Shown one piece after another: positions 50,746 through 63,059 of a stretch of DNA of 64,000 bases (its first letter is position 1; every line of letters starts with the position of its first letter). The DNA lies in NCBI GenBank assembly GCA_949358305.1, contig OX442314.1:6076001-6140000 (forward strand). Reading direction: 5' to 3'. The DNA is from Strigamia acuminata. Its lineage: Eukaryota. Under the pieces are notes generated by a model that saw only the letters and a program-made list of their open reading frames with translations, had not been told where the DNA came from and did no database searches. A program made the position numbers and the translations under genes.

Positions 50746-51286
50746 ATGGATTGCGCTGCAGTAGCCGAATTAAAGGCTGAATTTGAAACAAATAGGTAAG
50801 GGATTCCTATTTTTTATCATATAATATATTTCTAGCATAGAATAAAAACATTAATAATGCTTTTTGTTGTAGCTATTCATTGCCACAAGGGTTGATTCAC
50901 CTTGTTATGCACCGACCAAACAAAACCGATGGGGATGAAAAAATGCGCTCTAAAATATATAGAGAAATCTTTTTCATTCTGAAGGTAATTTAATAATGAC
51001 TCAATAAATATTATTATATTTTGTTACATTACATTTTTTATACTACTTTTACAGAACCAAAGGCTAATTCCAGTGAAAGGAGGTGTCCAGTATCCCCCAG
51101 CTCTGACAAAATTTATTCGGAAAATTTACCCCAGAAACATAAAGCAGCATGATGAGAAATATAATAAGGTAAGATTATAATTTGTTTGAAAATATGATTT
51201 ATTTATTTCAATTTTTTTAGGCAACACTAGTTTCATTTGCTGCATTGGAAAAGGCAAAATGGCCTACCTGCAAGTGTGATAAATGA
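50746..51286 (+). CDS. Second gene inside piggyBac: 4 exons, 113 aa, unknown function
   Basis: Exons 50746-50795, 50873-50984, 51055-51168, 51221-51286 with consensus donors (GTAAGG, GTAATT, GTAAGA) and pyrimidine-rich YAG acceptors; 342 nt open ATG to TGA; AATAAA at 51303. Confidence 0.78.
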
Positions 51287-51319
51287 ATTGTATACTAGAA
51301 TGAATAAATTTTTGTCTTA

Positions 51320-52934
51320 CTAAATGCAGTTTTTACATATTATGTTTACTGATGATGTGCACACACCACACACAAATTTGTTACATGAATGGCAGGTGCT
51401 TTTCGTTTTGTTTTCACATTTACCGGCCTGGCACGTATGTCTTTTACCACTTTTTTCTCTAGGTGTACTGGCCGCTCTAGTCAAAGTGGTTGGGTTAGGT
51501 GATTCCCATTTACATAATTCTTTGACTAATTTCAAAATAAAATCCCGACGTGAAATTTTATCTTTAGTTACTGACTTGAAAACAATATAAGCATTTATGC
51601 CTGCTAAGTCTAATATATTATAAAACACGTGAACAGGCCATCTGCGGGAAGCAGCCTTTACACTATAGAGCCGTGCCATCTGATCGAGAGTATCTACACC
51701 ACATTTTGTCGAATTGTAGTATAGAATTGTTTCAGGTTTTTTCTTTTCACCGTCATCAAAACTGATTGTCGGGTGCATTGTGCTCAAAATACATACATTT
51801 TTAGAACGTTTGGCTCTGTAAATCGTAAGAGTGCAAGCAGAATCAGGATTTTGAAAGAAGCAAGTAGAAAAAACTGGACCACTAAAATCATTTGCCGCAT
51901 CTGGAACTTCTCGCCGAATTCGATTCATGGTCCCGACTAAGCTCGTATTTTCCTTTTGCAACGCATTTGCTAAAGAAACTGACGTAAAAAAATTGTCCGT
52001 AGTTATATTTCGTCCTTTTTTCAAATATGGTTTCACCAGTGTCATAACAACATGTTCTCCCAACGATTTATCAGCAGGTCGGGAATCGTCTTTCCCCAAG
52101 TACGGGAAACCATTCACTAAATATTTAGTTTCTAAATCCGCAGCTAGCCAAAACTTCAAGCCAAATTTATCCGGTTTGTTGCTCATGTATTGTGTGAATC
52201 CACACCTAGCTTTAGTCGGAAATAACTGCTCGTCAACGGTTATATTTACCCCTGGGTTATAATGGCTTTGACAATTTTCTATAAATGGCTTCCAAATTTG
52301 TGATGCAAGTGCAAACTTATCGTCCTTCAAACGGGCACTTCGATGAGACTTTTCATCAAAACGCAAATATTTCGAAATTTCTTTGAATCGGTGTCGTGCC
52401 ATAGTGTCTCGAAAAATTGGCAATCCCCAATCACTAGACCAATAACTGTCGACAGATAAATTTGAATTATAAGCACCACGTGCATAAAGTAAACCGATAA
52501 ATTTCTCCAATTCTTCCAACGGCAAATCCCACGTATTGTTATTCAACCGTCGTCGAGCCTCAACAATTGTACAGTTCCGAATAAGGCGCAGCATTTTTTC
52601 GTCGATGAATAATGAAAATGCAGTATTTGCACTTTCGTTCGAAATCTTCCGCATGGCAGCTGGGCTTGGACCCACTCTACTATCTGTGAAGACATTGTGT
52701 CGAGCCCTTCTACCAACACCAGACAAAGATGGATCTACAATTTCCCAAACAGTGCCATCTCTAGCGATAATACGGTTTGGATCTGGATCCTCGGGGAGTA
52801 ATTCAGTGTCGTCGTCACTTTCATTTGGCTGCTCTTGCCCTCGTCCAAGTCCACGCCCTCGTCCACCCCCTCGTCCACGCTTTCGTCTAGCCCCTCGTTC
52901 CTCCCCTCGTCCTCGACCTCGTTCTTGCCCGCGC

Positions 52935-52965
<31 letters not shown>

Positions 52966-53215
52966 CAGACGCTGGCTCCGCTGTTTCAGAAATTTCACTG
53001 CAATCACTGCATGAATCTGAAGAACTATCTTCACTCAGGTTATCATTTACAATATCGAAATCGGAATCGGAATCGGAATCGGAATTGGAATCGGAATCAG
53101 TCTCGGAATTTTCAAACAAAGTTTGCTTTGACAGCCGCGATCGTTTTGAAGCAGCCATGATAAGAAATGGCTTCAACTTACTAAATTTGTGCATATATAC
53201 CCGTGTATAATACAA
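51320..53215 (-). CDS. piggyBac transposase (PGBD-like), 631 aa
   Basis: Catalytic D-D-D in TVDEQL, TTDNFFTS, GVDTLDQ; KPDKFGLK; RRWP; C-terminal Cys-rich domain. Confidence 0.97.
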
Positions 53216-53876
53216 TCGTTATATACACGTATTGGTTTGCGCATTGTGCGTGATTGGTGCACATTTTGTGAACGTATGGTTCACGTTATTTCCACCGGTC
53301 ATTTTGAACGGTTTTGGCCGTTCTAGGTCAATTGTCATTTTTTTCATTTTTTTTTTTGTAAAATACAATGTTTGATGATTTATGATGTAAAGCATCATAA
53401 ATCAGCTAAAGTGAAGAAACAACACAGTTGTAAACCCATTGGGTTTACTGCTACAGCTGTTGTAAACAGCTGAACCGGTCAAAATGACCGGTTTGGCCGT
53501 TCTAGTGTTAAAGGACAGTTTTGGTGTTTCTCAAGAAAATAAACATGGTTTGAAACTGGTCTGTTTTTTAACTAAATCTTTTAGTTAAATATTTATCTCA
53601 AAATTCACTTTTACAATTCTATCGAATTTAATTGCAACCTAATCTCGGTGGGACCTCCACGTGTGAGATTAGGTGGTAGTCTTTGAAATCCCTAAAATCT
53701 TCAAACGAAAATAATGAAGGAAAATCTACTACGTATTTCTATTTCATCAGTTTAACTTCTTCACATGGAAATATAAACTGAGAATTTAATCTGTCTATTT
53801 TTAACTTAAATCTTTTAGTTAAATATTTATCTCCAATATTCACTGTTGCAATTCAATCGAATTTAATTGCAACCTA

Positions 53877-53894
53877 ATCTCGGTGGGACCTCCA
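53877..53894 (-). promoter_or_regulatory. Primer-binding site, tRNA-Gln (second perfect copy at 53642-53659)
   Basis: TGGAGGTCCCACCGAGAT, 2 nt from the 5' LTR. Confidence 0.9.
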
Positions 53895-56871
53895 CGTGTG
53901 ACGGTGACGACCACAACTCCCATTTAACAATGGTACCGGGAAGAGATCGCAATAAATAAACAGTGAATACAATACGAGATAAATACAAGACAGTTTATTG
54001 TTGGTAAACAATAATATCAAGGCTAAATTATACATAGGACTAATGCCGACATTTGGCAAGTTAAATCAGCTATTAAACTATACAAAGAATTGGCCAACTG
54101 GCCCTAGAATAATATCACTACGGGTCTGGAATATGGGAGCGGTTTCCCCATCGCTCGACCTGATTATAGATGTCATCTTAAGCCGGATGGCTGTGTCCTG
54201 GAGTCCGATACGGCTTCGCTGGTTTCCTTGGTTCGCTGTGTAAACTATCGCACGTCGATAAATCGAATGATCTGAGCATTGCGGTTGACTTTGTCTGCAC
54301 CGCCACAACTTTGGGAGGATATTGGTGTAAGTAAATGTATTCATTTACTTATCAATATTCCACTTATGAATTATATTTAATTCATATCGTTGTGAATTCT
54401 TATTTAGATATTTTTGTGGATAAGTTGTCATCAACTTATCAGTTACATTTGCGTCTTTGATGTAATCGTGATCGTAATTAAGTCTTCTGACTTGGTTAAT
54501 CAACTTGTCGCCAAGTTAATATTTAGCTGTTATAATAAAATGAAGATTAGGCTTCCCGTCGCAACACACAATTGCCGTCGAAAGAATATACGCCTTGCCA
54601 TGCAGAACGGTATCAAGCGTCCCCGGCGTCGCAGCACGGTCGTCCATCGAGTGGTTGACGGTACCACGTACACAGGGGTCGATAGCTCGCGGCTCCGCAC
54701 AGCAGTTTTATCTCTCGCGGTACTAATAATAGACCGACTGCTTTGGCATCGAATACCATGAGAATCAGCTTGCCAAACACTTGGTGCTACTCGTGGTTAC
54801 TGTAAAACAGACTGCTTTGGCACCATCAGGTGAAGGAACCGATTCTCAACAATACCGATGCTACTCGTGGTAACGGAATACGTTCATACCGAAAAAGACA
54901 ACTTGGTCCTGTCCGGAGGATACTGAATTGCACAACGGCGGGTTCTCCTTCGGCGTCGCAACCGTAGACTGTAACATTTATGCAACATAATAATCCCAGC
55001 ACTTCGACTTCAATTGCCGGCGGTGGCATGATTCTGTAGAATCATGCAACGGTTCTTTGCGAATAAATCAACAAAGAACCAAAAGGTTTTTTTACGTGAA
55101 CAACGAATCATACTTCTTAAGTAACAATACCAAACAGAAATAATCAAACAGAGCTCCAGAATGGCCGGTTGTTTGGGTTTATATAACCTGACTGGATTAA
55201 GGATTAATCCAGTTATCCAATTGGAACATGGGTTCCACGAATCCCTCCAATCCCGTATCACCGGAAGTGGATACGGAGGAACAATGTGCTAATTCTCACC
55301 ACAACCGGAACTGGATACCCAGGACCGGAAATGGATCCACCAATCAGATCTATTGGTTGATCGATTGATCACCAAATGTCCTGTCCCGCAGAAAATGGAA
55401 GTTACATTGTATTTAACATCACAAGACATTAATATATCTTTATATTAATGTTCACAAAGCTTCGTTTCATTCTAGTAAATATAGTTTTATATTTATTTAC
55501 ATGTTTTATATTCATATCTTGAATTTGCCGCTAAATCGTAATCGCGCCATCTTGTGGCAACATTGCGCATTGACAAATGCGGTTTTAGCAGACGACTCTT
55601 CGTGATTCGGCCGGAATCCTTTGATATCAAGTAGGAATGAGTGTTTATTCTTAATAAACGAACATCTTTGTATTTGAAACATCATAAATAACTTTATTCC
55701 AGACATTTATCAGTTTTACACAGAATATCTTCGAGATATCATGATAATGGCGCAACAGCGCTTCTTTCTAAGAAAATAGGCATTTATAGCCATTGTAAAC
55801 CGTCACAACGGTAAGCGATTTCTTGGCACAGAATGAACTTATTGATGTTCATATAATGTTATGAATTAATTTTTATTTTGCCGTATGAAACTACATTGCA
55901 CTTTTTAATTTTCTTCTAACAACAAACCATTGCTTAATAATTAGAATGGATCAAACACCAATTTCAGTTTTTGTGCATTCAAAACAATGTAAGACGTCTG
56001 TTACAAAACACGTGGCTTTAACCCACTTATAAATACGATTTATAAACTACTTGGGGAGCTGGATGGGGTGCACACAAAAATAGCACTGGGCGCTGATAGA
56101 CATGGAACCAGCCCTGAATTTTACAATAATGATTCTTGCTCGTGCATGTTAAACTGACAATGCGTGTTGATTAAAAATCGTGACAAGAAATAAGGTAGGG
56201 ATGACGTCGAGAAAAAAATTCGAAAGCAAAAATAGATGAAAATAAATGAGGATTAATGGGCCTGGATATAAATTTATAAGTTTTATTTTATTTTTCTATT
56301 ATGTGAGTACATTATAAATTGTCTTATTAATGTGAAATATGGTAGATAAGCTTACACCAGTAGGTAATAACACTAAAACATTTTAGAAACTGCACTAGGA
56401 AAGTGATTTGCCACATGTGAAAAGTGTGTTTTGATTAGTACTTAACTTGCTTTTATTGTGTAAATTTTCTGCAGTGTACATTCTAATTTCGTCATAACAA
56501 CAATTTTTGCTCAATAATTTGAAATGAGTTACATCAATAGGTAAAAGTACAAACTTACACAAGTTACCCAACTAAATGTAAAATTGGGAACAGAAATAGT
56601 TTTTGTTTTTTGTGCATTCATACAAATATATGACGTCTGAAACATGTGTTTTTAATTCATTTTTAAATACGATGTATATAGTTCGTAGGGCACTGGGCGC
56701 TGATAGACCTGGAGACAGACTCTGACTTTGCCAATAATCATTTTTGCTGGTGCATGTTCAACTAACAATTCGTCATGATTAAATATACATTTAGTTTTTA
56801 ATCTTATTTTCTTTCTTATATGTGCTTAGCTAATATTAGTAATATTTTATTTACACTCATTAAAGTGTAAA

Positions 56872-59800
56872 TCAACAGCCCACATTTTGTTTCTGATACC
56901 AATTATAAGTTTTTAAAATCCAATCGTACAAAGAGAGAAGTGACATTCCCAAGCCCAGTCCTAGAATGCTACCGAAATCGCTTAAGAATTGAGATATTGG
57001 ATATGCCCGTTTCTCTTCTACAATCTCAACAGAGCTATCAGCAAATTGGAATATTATTATTAGGCCTATATTTTTTGGCAATTTATTCTCCCGAAAAATA
57101 AATTTGTAAAAAATATTTTTGCAAGGTTGTTTACATTTGCATTGTTTTTGATTCGAGTCAAGGTTGCTTAAATACGTGAAATGAGCGGTAGTTACGGCAC
57201 TTGTAGTGTTGCAAACTGGCAAATTAGCTTTTCCCATGTATGGTAATCTGAAACAAAGAAGAGATTGGTTAAAGATGCAAATAGTTGCAGTTTATCTGCT
57301 GAAAAGGGTTCGGTGTTTTTCGAACAGATTCAATCTGGTGATGCCGCAAATGAATCTGTAATTGCTAACATGTCAAAATAAGCTTGCAAGTTTGTGTGTG
57401 GTTAATGCTAGTGCAATGATCCATTGCCAACCGAAAACTGACCGCGGATTAGCTGATCAGTCGACGTTTAAAACGGCGAAAATAAAAATAGATGTGATAA
57501 AATTGGAGCTGATGCATGAAAAGAAATGTGAACTATACCTGCACTTAACACCTCGAAATAGATTGTTATGCCAGCAAGCACTTTTACACTTGAGATAAGC
57601 ACTTTTGTTCTCTTCACATGGATCGCGCTTTGTATTTCTTCGTACGATCTATTTCGTAAAAGGAATCTTAGTATCAGCATTTATAAATTTATTTCATTTT
57701 CTACCTGAACGTCTTGAAGTACTACATCGTTGACACATGCATAGTTTACGGTCAATGGTGTTAAAATGTTAACTTCCTCTTTCTGACTATTTATGATTAG
57801 CTGCGTGTTATTATAATCCAAAGTATTTATATTAATAATTAATACTGTATGTGCACAGAAAATATTTTTTATATTTTTATATTGACAATTAGGAATACGT
57901 GTGTATCCGAACCAAACACGAACTATTTTTATGACTTTGTTTGCTTCTTTGTGCTTGTATAAATAGACTTTCTCGTTATCTTATTAAAGGTCAAGTGCAC
58001 TGAGTGGGTTTTATTTTTTTCTGATAGAGCCTAATATAAAAATATTTTTCATGTTAAAAAAAATAAAATTTGGGTCTTTATCACTGTTTAACACTAGAAC
58101 TGCCAGAGGGGTCATTTTGACCCGTCTGGCAGTTTCAAACAGCTGTAGCAATAAACCCAATGGCTTTACAATGCTGTTAATTTTTGACTTTTACTAATTT
58201 ATGATGGTTTACATCATAAATCAGAGAACTGCCGGAACGGGTCAAAATGACCCGTTTTAATAACTTGAACAATGCGTACACAAAACTTGCACAAAACGTG
58301 CTTAAATCGTGCAAAATACATAAACAATACGTGTATACAACGTTTTGGCATCAAATTGATTCAATAACAGGCGAAACATGTGAAGAAAATCGCAAAACAA
58401 AAATTGATAGTTTTTATAAAACCTGATAAAATTTAATTTTCGTTTTTTATCTTACCAGGTTTTATAAAAACCATCAATTTTTGTTTTGCTATTTTCTTCA
58501 CATGTTTCGCCTGTTATTGAATCATTTTGATGGCAAAACGTTGTATACACGTATTGTTTATGTATTTTGCACGATTCGTGCACATTTTGTGCACGTTATG
58601 TGTACGCATTGTTCAAGTTATTAAAACGGGTCATTTTGACCCGTTTCGGCAGTTCTAGGTAGTGGGATATTCCGGCAGTTCTAGTGTTAATAACAATTGA
58701 AAAAGTTGACTTTTTCAATGTGATGCATCATGGTTGTTGGCTGGATGTCCGACGTCATCAGTTCTGTGGTGGTTGGTGGTGGTGTTGTTGCGCATGCGCA
58801 TCAAACTGCGCATGCGCAAAAGACAGTTTTAAACTCCCACACTCAAGGTCAGCCATTATGAATCCACCCTAGGCTCGGAACTAGTTCCAGGTCAACTGAA
58901 CTAGAGAACTGACAACGTCATACTCCCATGATTCTTTGCCTTGTCAACACCCGATATTGCGATTGTTATTAAACAATGATAAAGGCCCAAATTTTATTTT
59001 TTTTTAACATAAAAACTAATTTTTTATTAGGCTCTATCAGAAAAAAAATAAAACCCACTCAGTGCACTTGACCTTTAAAGAATGCTGCTTAAAAAGACAC
59101 CGACACTGTCAATTTAACGCATTCCATTTTGGTTGCAAAATTTTAGGTGATTTTGAGTAAAAATATTTTTTTTACACACCTTTAGCTGCGGATCACAAGC
59201 TTCTGCAGGAGTTAAATATCTACTAAAATCAATGAAAAGCTTAGTGGTTTTTGTGCCTGTTTTATCTGTAAGACAGCGAAAAGGTCAGAATTAATTTTCA
59301 AATTCGTCTGCCGGAAAACAATTTTTAGTTAAATAATTCCGAAAAAAAGAAACATTGAAAAACCCCAGAATTCAAAAGTAGACTTTGAATACAACCATTA
59401 ATTAACTAAAATCAGAAATTAATTTTGTAAATTACCATTCCTTATTTGTGAACAATTGCCAAATGGAAGTGAAATAAAATTAGTTGATATTACCTGTAAA
59501 CATAAAACTTTTATTGTTTGGGTTTGGTTTGAGAAATGTGACTTAAGTTACATCATTCCCAATATGGCTAAAAGTTAACGCTTGGTCGATACTAAGTGAT
59601 TCCCAGATGTTTAGTAATGACAAATTGCTGTTGAACAATTGCCAGGGTGATATATTGCTACAGGTTTTATTGGGTTGTTTCAGTAAGTGTAATCGGGCTT
59701 TGAGCATTTCTTCATTTCTTTTTTCACCACAAACTGTGACAGAAGGAAATTCGGTGTAGCGTCGTTGACTCATTCGAATGATTCTCATGCCAGGTTCATC

Positions 59801-61533
59801 CAGATAGTAATTGACACGAATGTGCAGGCAATACAAAGTAAATCCTGCAACAACTAACACGAATATTAACTTCCACTTTTCTAAGACTGTGTGTATTTTG
59901 GTTTGCTCTTCAGATTCATCGACTTTTTTTTTGCACATTTCATACAGACGTCTCATCTTATTGACGGATCTTTTTCTGTGAGTGTATGAAGCAACGTAAT
60001 ATAAATACCAAATGATGTCAGGTAATGAGATTACGGATAGTCCAAGAAACAGGCCCAGATTGCCTCCTAAATCCGATAGTAAGGCAATAACGTCATATGA
60101 GTACCGTTCTTCATAAACAGTGACTTTTTCATCAGTTATTGCTAATGATACAGTCATCGTTTTATTATCATTAGCTATGCCTAAATCAGTATATGGTGTA
60201 AAAGTTATGTGTTGACAAGGAAGTTGACATCCGCAATGAGCAATTGGTTCTGCAAATCTAACTAAGTTCTGAATATGAGAATACATCTGATATGTTTCAT
60301 TTCCTAATTTGCAAAGTGGCAAATCTGACTTCATGAACTGAAATCTTGTAATCAGTATATTTAATTAGCTGATTAATTGTGATACCAAACAAGAAGCATT
60401 TTCACCACATGAGTTTACCTGCAAGTTAGCTTTTTAATTTGGTTAAGTAAGCAATTCCGATAGCATTCTCTGTATTCGTCTTCGTTAGAGCATGAACTGA
60501 TCGGTGAATTTTGCAATATGAACTACAATTGAATAAATTAAAAGCTGTTGCCCAGGAATTTAAGTCTGGGCAAAACTTTACTTTGTTACACCTAAAATTT
60601 ATTTTAATTGTTGAATCAGGATACATCACAGATAAAAGATAGGGATTTCCAACATTATTGAATGTCAGATAAAACTAAGGGCAAAGAAGAAAATTAATGC
60701 AGCAATTGCTATTGTAATTTAATTAAGTTACCCAATAATTAGTCCTATTGCATATCAAGTCGTAATTTTTTTTAAAATTTACTGTCAGTACCTTTCCAAC
60801 AAATGATTTGGTTGAAGCTTCAGCTGTGTCAATGAATAATATTAGTGTAACAATGTAGGTAGTGATAAATTTTTGTTTGTAGTTACCAAATCGAAATGTT
60901 GAGCATATTCCGAATGCACTGTTAGTTTCCGTCTGAACAACAGTAGTATTTGAATATCCCTATGCAAATATAGTTTAAATTGTGATTTTTAACTGAATTT
61001 CTCTATTGTTTTTTTTTAATTTGAATTTTTACTTTCATTTTTACATTGTCAATGTCATCAGTATTGTTAGTTGCTTTCCAAAGTGTATCCATATCGTAAG
61101 TTGGGTTTTCAATTCTCATTAGTGCATCAAGCATGTAACGGCATGAAATGGTTTCTGATTTTCGTTTATTTGCTGTAGGAGTTTCTTCCCAAAGCCTATT
61201 CATTTTCTTTGTATTTGAACTACACACCATTAAGTCTGGTAAAGTAACATTTTCTGATCTACTCATTACGTCGACAGCTGTAGGATAACTGAAGTAATGC
61301 ATTATTCTGTCGTATGTCTGATATGTGAGCATGCACATGCAAAATGTGAATAAAAGTAGCCAAAGGATGTGTTGTTTGCTTCTCCAACGTTTCCTACTGT
61401 TTACGAAATCTTCCAACCCAATTATATCGCAGTTGGGTTTGTTGGCATCATCCTTCATTAATCGGTGAATTGTCAGACGCAGTTTTTTTTTCATCAGTCC
61501 ATTTTTCCTTATCAAATAATTATTCTTCATCAT
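56872..61533 (-). CDS. Double-repeat DEG/ENaC channel, copy 3; same 11-exon structure
   Basis: Exons homologous to copy 1 are open with conserved GT-AG sites; the 59543-60334 exon again links TM2 (GLFLGLS) to a second TM1 + FPSVTVC; MITEs sit in intron 8. Confidence 0.88.
57988..59074. mobile_element. Kolobok-like MITE in ENaC intron
   Basis: TTAA TSD with AGG...CCT termini; ~90-bp TIR AGGTCAAGTGCACTGAGTGGG...; empty site at ~5185-5197 in copy 1. Confidence 0.85.
58092..58686. mobile_element. piggyBac-family MITE (595 bp) with internal ~200-bp foldback
   Basis: TTAA TSD; CACTAGAACTGCC termini and GGTCAAAATGACC palindromes related to the element at 50538-53507; inverted arms span 58225-58656. 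Confidence 0.9.
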
Positions 61534-61755
61534 TTTGGTTCTTTCCAAATACAAGCTCGCAGCTACCGAATGAGTTAGATCAAAAATGTTTGTTTGCTTG
61601 AGGGAAAGTGCAGAAGGACGACCAAACTGAAAAAAAAACATCTTGATTTATTTTTATATTTTTTGTTTTCATGTAAAGGTAAAGTAGAATTTCCAATGTC
61701 AGAGATGCTACGTTTGTATGTTTTCTGGAAGTTCTTGGATAACATGAAATAACTA

Positions 61756-62904
61756 CCGTCTTCGCCCGAATATAACACCATGGTGTTGTATTCGTGAAAT
61801 AACATAAGTTTGGAAAAAAAAGAAAATTGTTAATATACAGAGTGTTCTAAAAGTATTGTTCCCTCCAAATATTTCCTGAGCAATTGCATCTAGGCCAACT
61901 TTGATGAAGCGATCGTATAGGAAGTTGGGTGAGAGCAATCCAATGACGTCATCAAATTTGACCTTAAAGGTCATTTTCAAGGTCATTCACTTGCTAACTT
62001 CTAAACCAATCAGGTTAGAGCAAAAAAGTCAATTACAAAGTTGTAGAGCACCATCAAATTAGTACTATCCAACTTAATTTAGTCATCTTAAGTTAAATGT
62101 TTTCTTTTTAAAAAGGAGACAAATCAGAAAAAAAATCACCAAAGTAAAATTTTTTATTCTTGTGATAAAATAATTATTGAGGCATTAAAAAAAGGCAGTG
62201 GTTTTTCTTGTTTACTTGCATAATAATGCACGGTTGAATACGTTTATTTCAGTAATTCAGTATTTTTGGAGTAGAATTTTACGTTTTGTCACATGGCTGG
62301 CTTTATTTTAGCTGATTTGTCTCCTTTTTAAAAAGAAAACATTTAACTTAAGATGACTAAGATAAGTTGGATAGTACTAATTTGATGGTGCTCTACAACT
62401 TTCTAATTGGAAATTTTGCTGTATCTTGAACGGTTTAAAAGTTAGCTAGTGAATGACCTTGAAAATGACCTTCAAGGTCAAATTTGATGACATCATTGGA
62501 TTGCTCTCACCCAACTTTCTATACGGTCACTTCATCAAAGTTGGCCTAGATGCAATTGCTCAGGAAATATTTGGAGGGAACAATACTTTTAGAACACCCT
62601 GTATATTTAAAACTGTGATTAAAAAAACAAACAATATCTTGTATGTTTTTATTTTTTGAGTTTTATTTAAAGTAACAAAAACAACAATAAAAATAAACTG
62701 AATGAAAAAATATGTGTGCTGTTTCGGTATCGTTTTGGAAGTGTACACTGTACGTCTTTCATAGTTTTCAAAAATTCGAATATAACACCATGGTGTTATA
62801 GCTGAAGTGGTGTTATATTCGAATTTTTGCTCAATGTTTACAAACTTGCCATTTTCAGCAAAACTCGATAACAACACCATGGTGTTATATTCGGGGGAAG
62901 ACGG
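61756..62904. mobile_element. pogo-like MITE (TA TSD) hosting a Tc1/mariner MITE
   Basis: TA|CCGTCTTCsCCCGAATATAACACCATGGTGTT ... ACGG|TA. Confidence 0.82.
61838..62601. mobile_element. Tc1/mariner-type MITE (764 bp) with ~290-bp inverted repeats
   Basis: TA|CAGrGTGTTCTAAAAGTA...CTG|TA; mirror ORFs 61753-61986(-) and 62453-62659(+) arise from the IR. Confidence 0.9.
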
Positions 62905-63059
62905 TAGGTGGACATATTGGGGACTCTATAATACGCGCGATATTCATATGCGCGACGTCGCGGTTAAGAATAAAAAAGGTATTCTTAACCGCGACGTCGC
63001 ATGTATGAATACTTATTATATTCATACGCGCGACATTCTGGGACGACATTATTCACATT

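Larger units (their letters stand above)
50538..53507 (-). mobile_element. piggyBac DNA transposon (2970 bp), apparently intact, nested in the LARD-like element
   Basis: TTAA TSDs (50534-50537, 53508-53511); 13-bp TIR CACTAGAACGGCC; subterminal CCGGTCAwAATGACCGG palindromes. Confidence 0.97.
43405..55807 (-). mobile_element. Non-autonomous (LARD-like) LTR element with 1911-bp LTRs and no gag/pol
   Basis: LTRs 43405-45315 and 53897-55807 (ORF-track peptides identical at offset 10492); TSD ACGG; empty site at 2978-2981; PBS-Gln; PPT AAGGGGGA at ~45318-45325. Confidence 0.95.

Noticed and set aside
52536..53210. 224-aa plus-strand PR-repeat ORF
   Set aside because: Antisense shadow of the transposase RG/SD tract.
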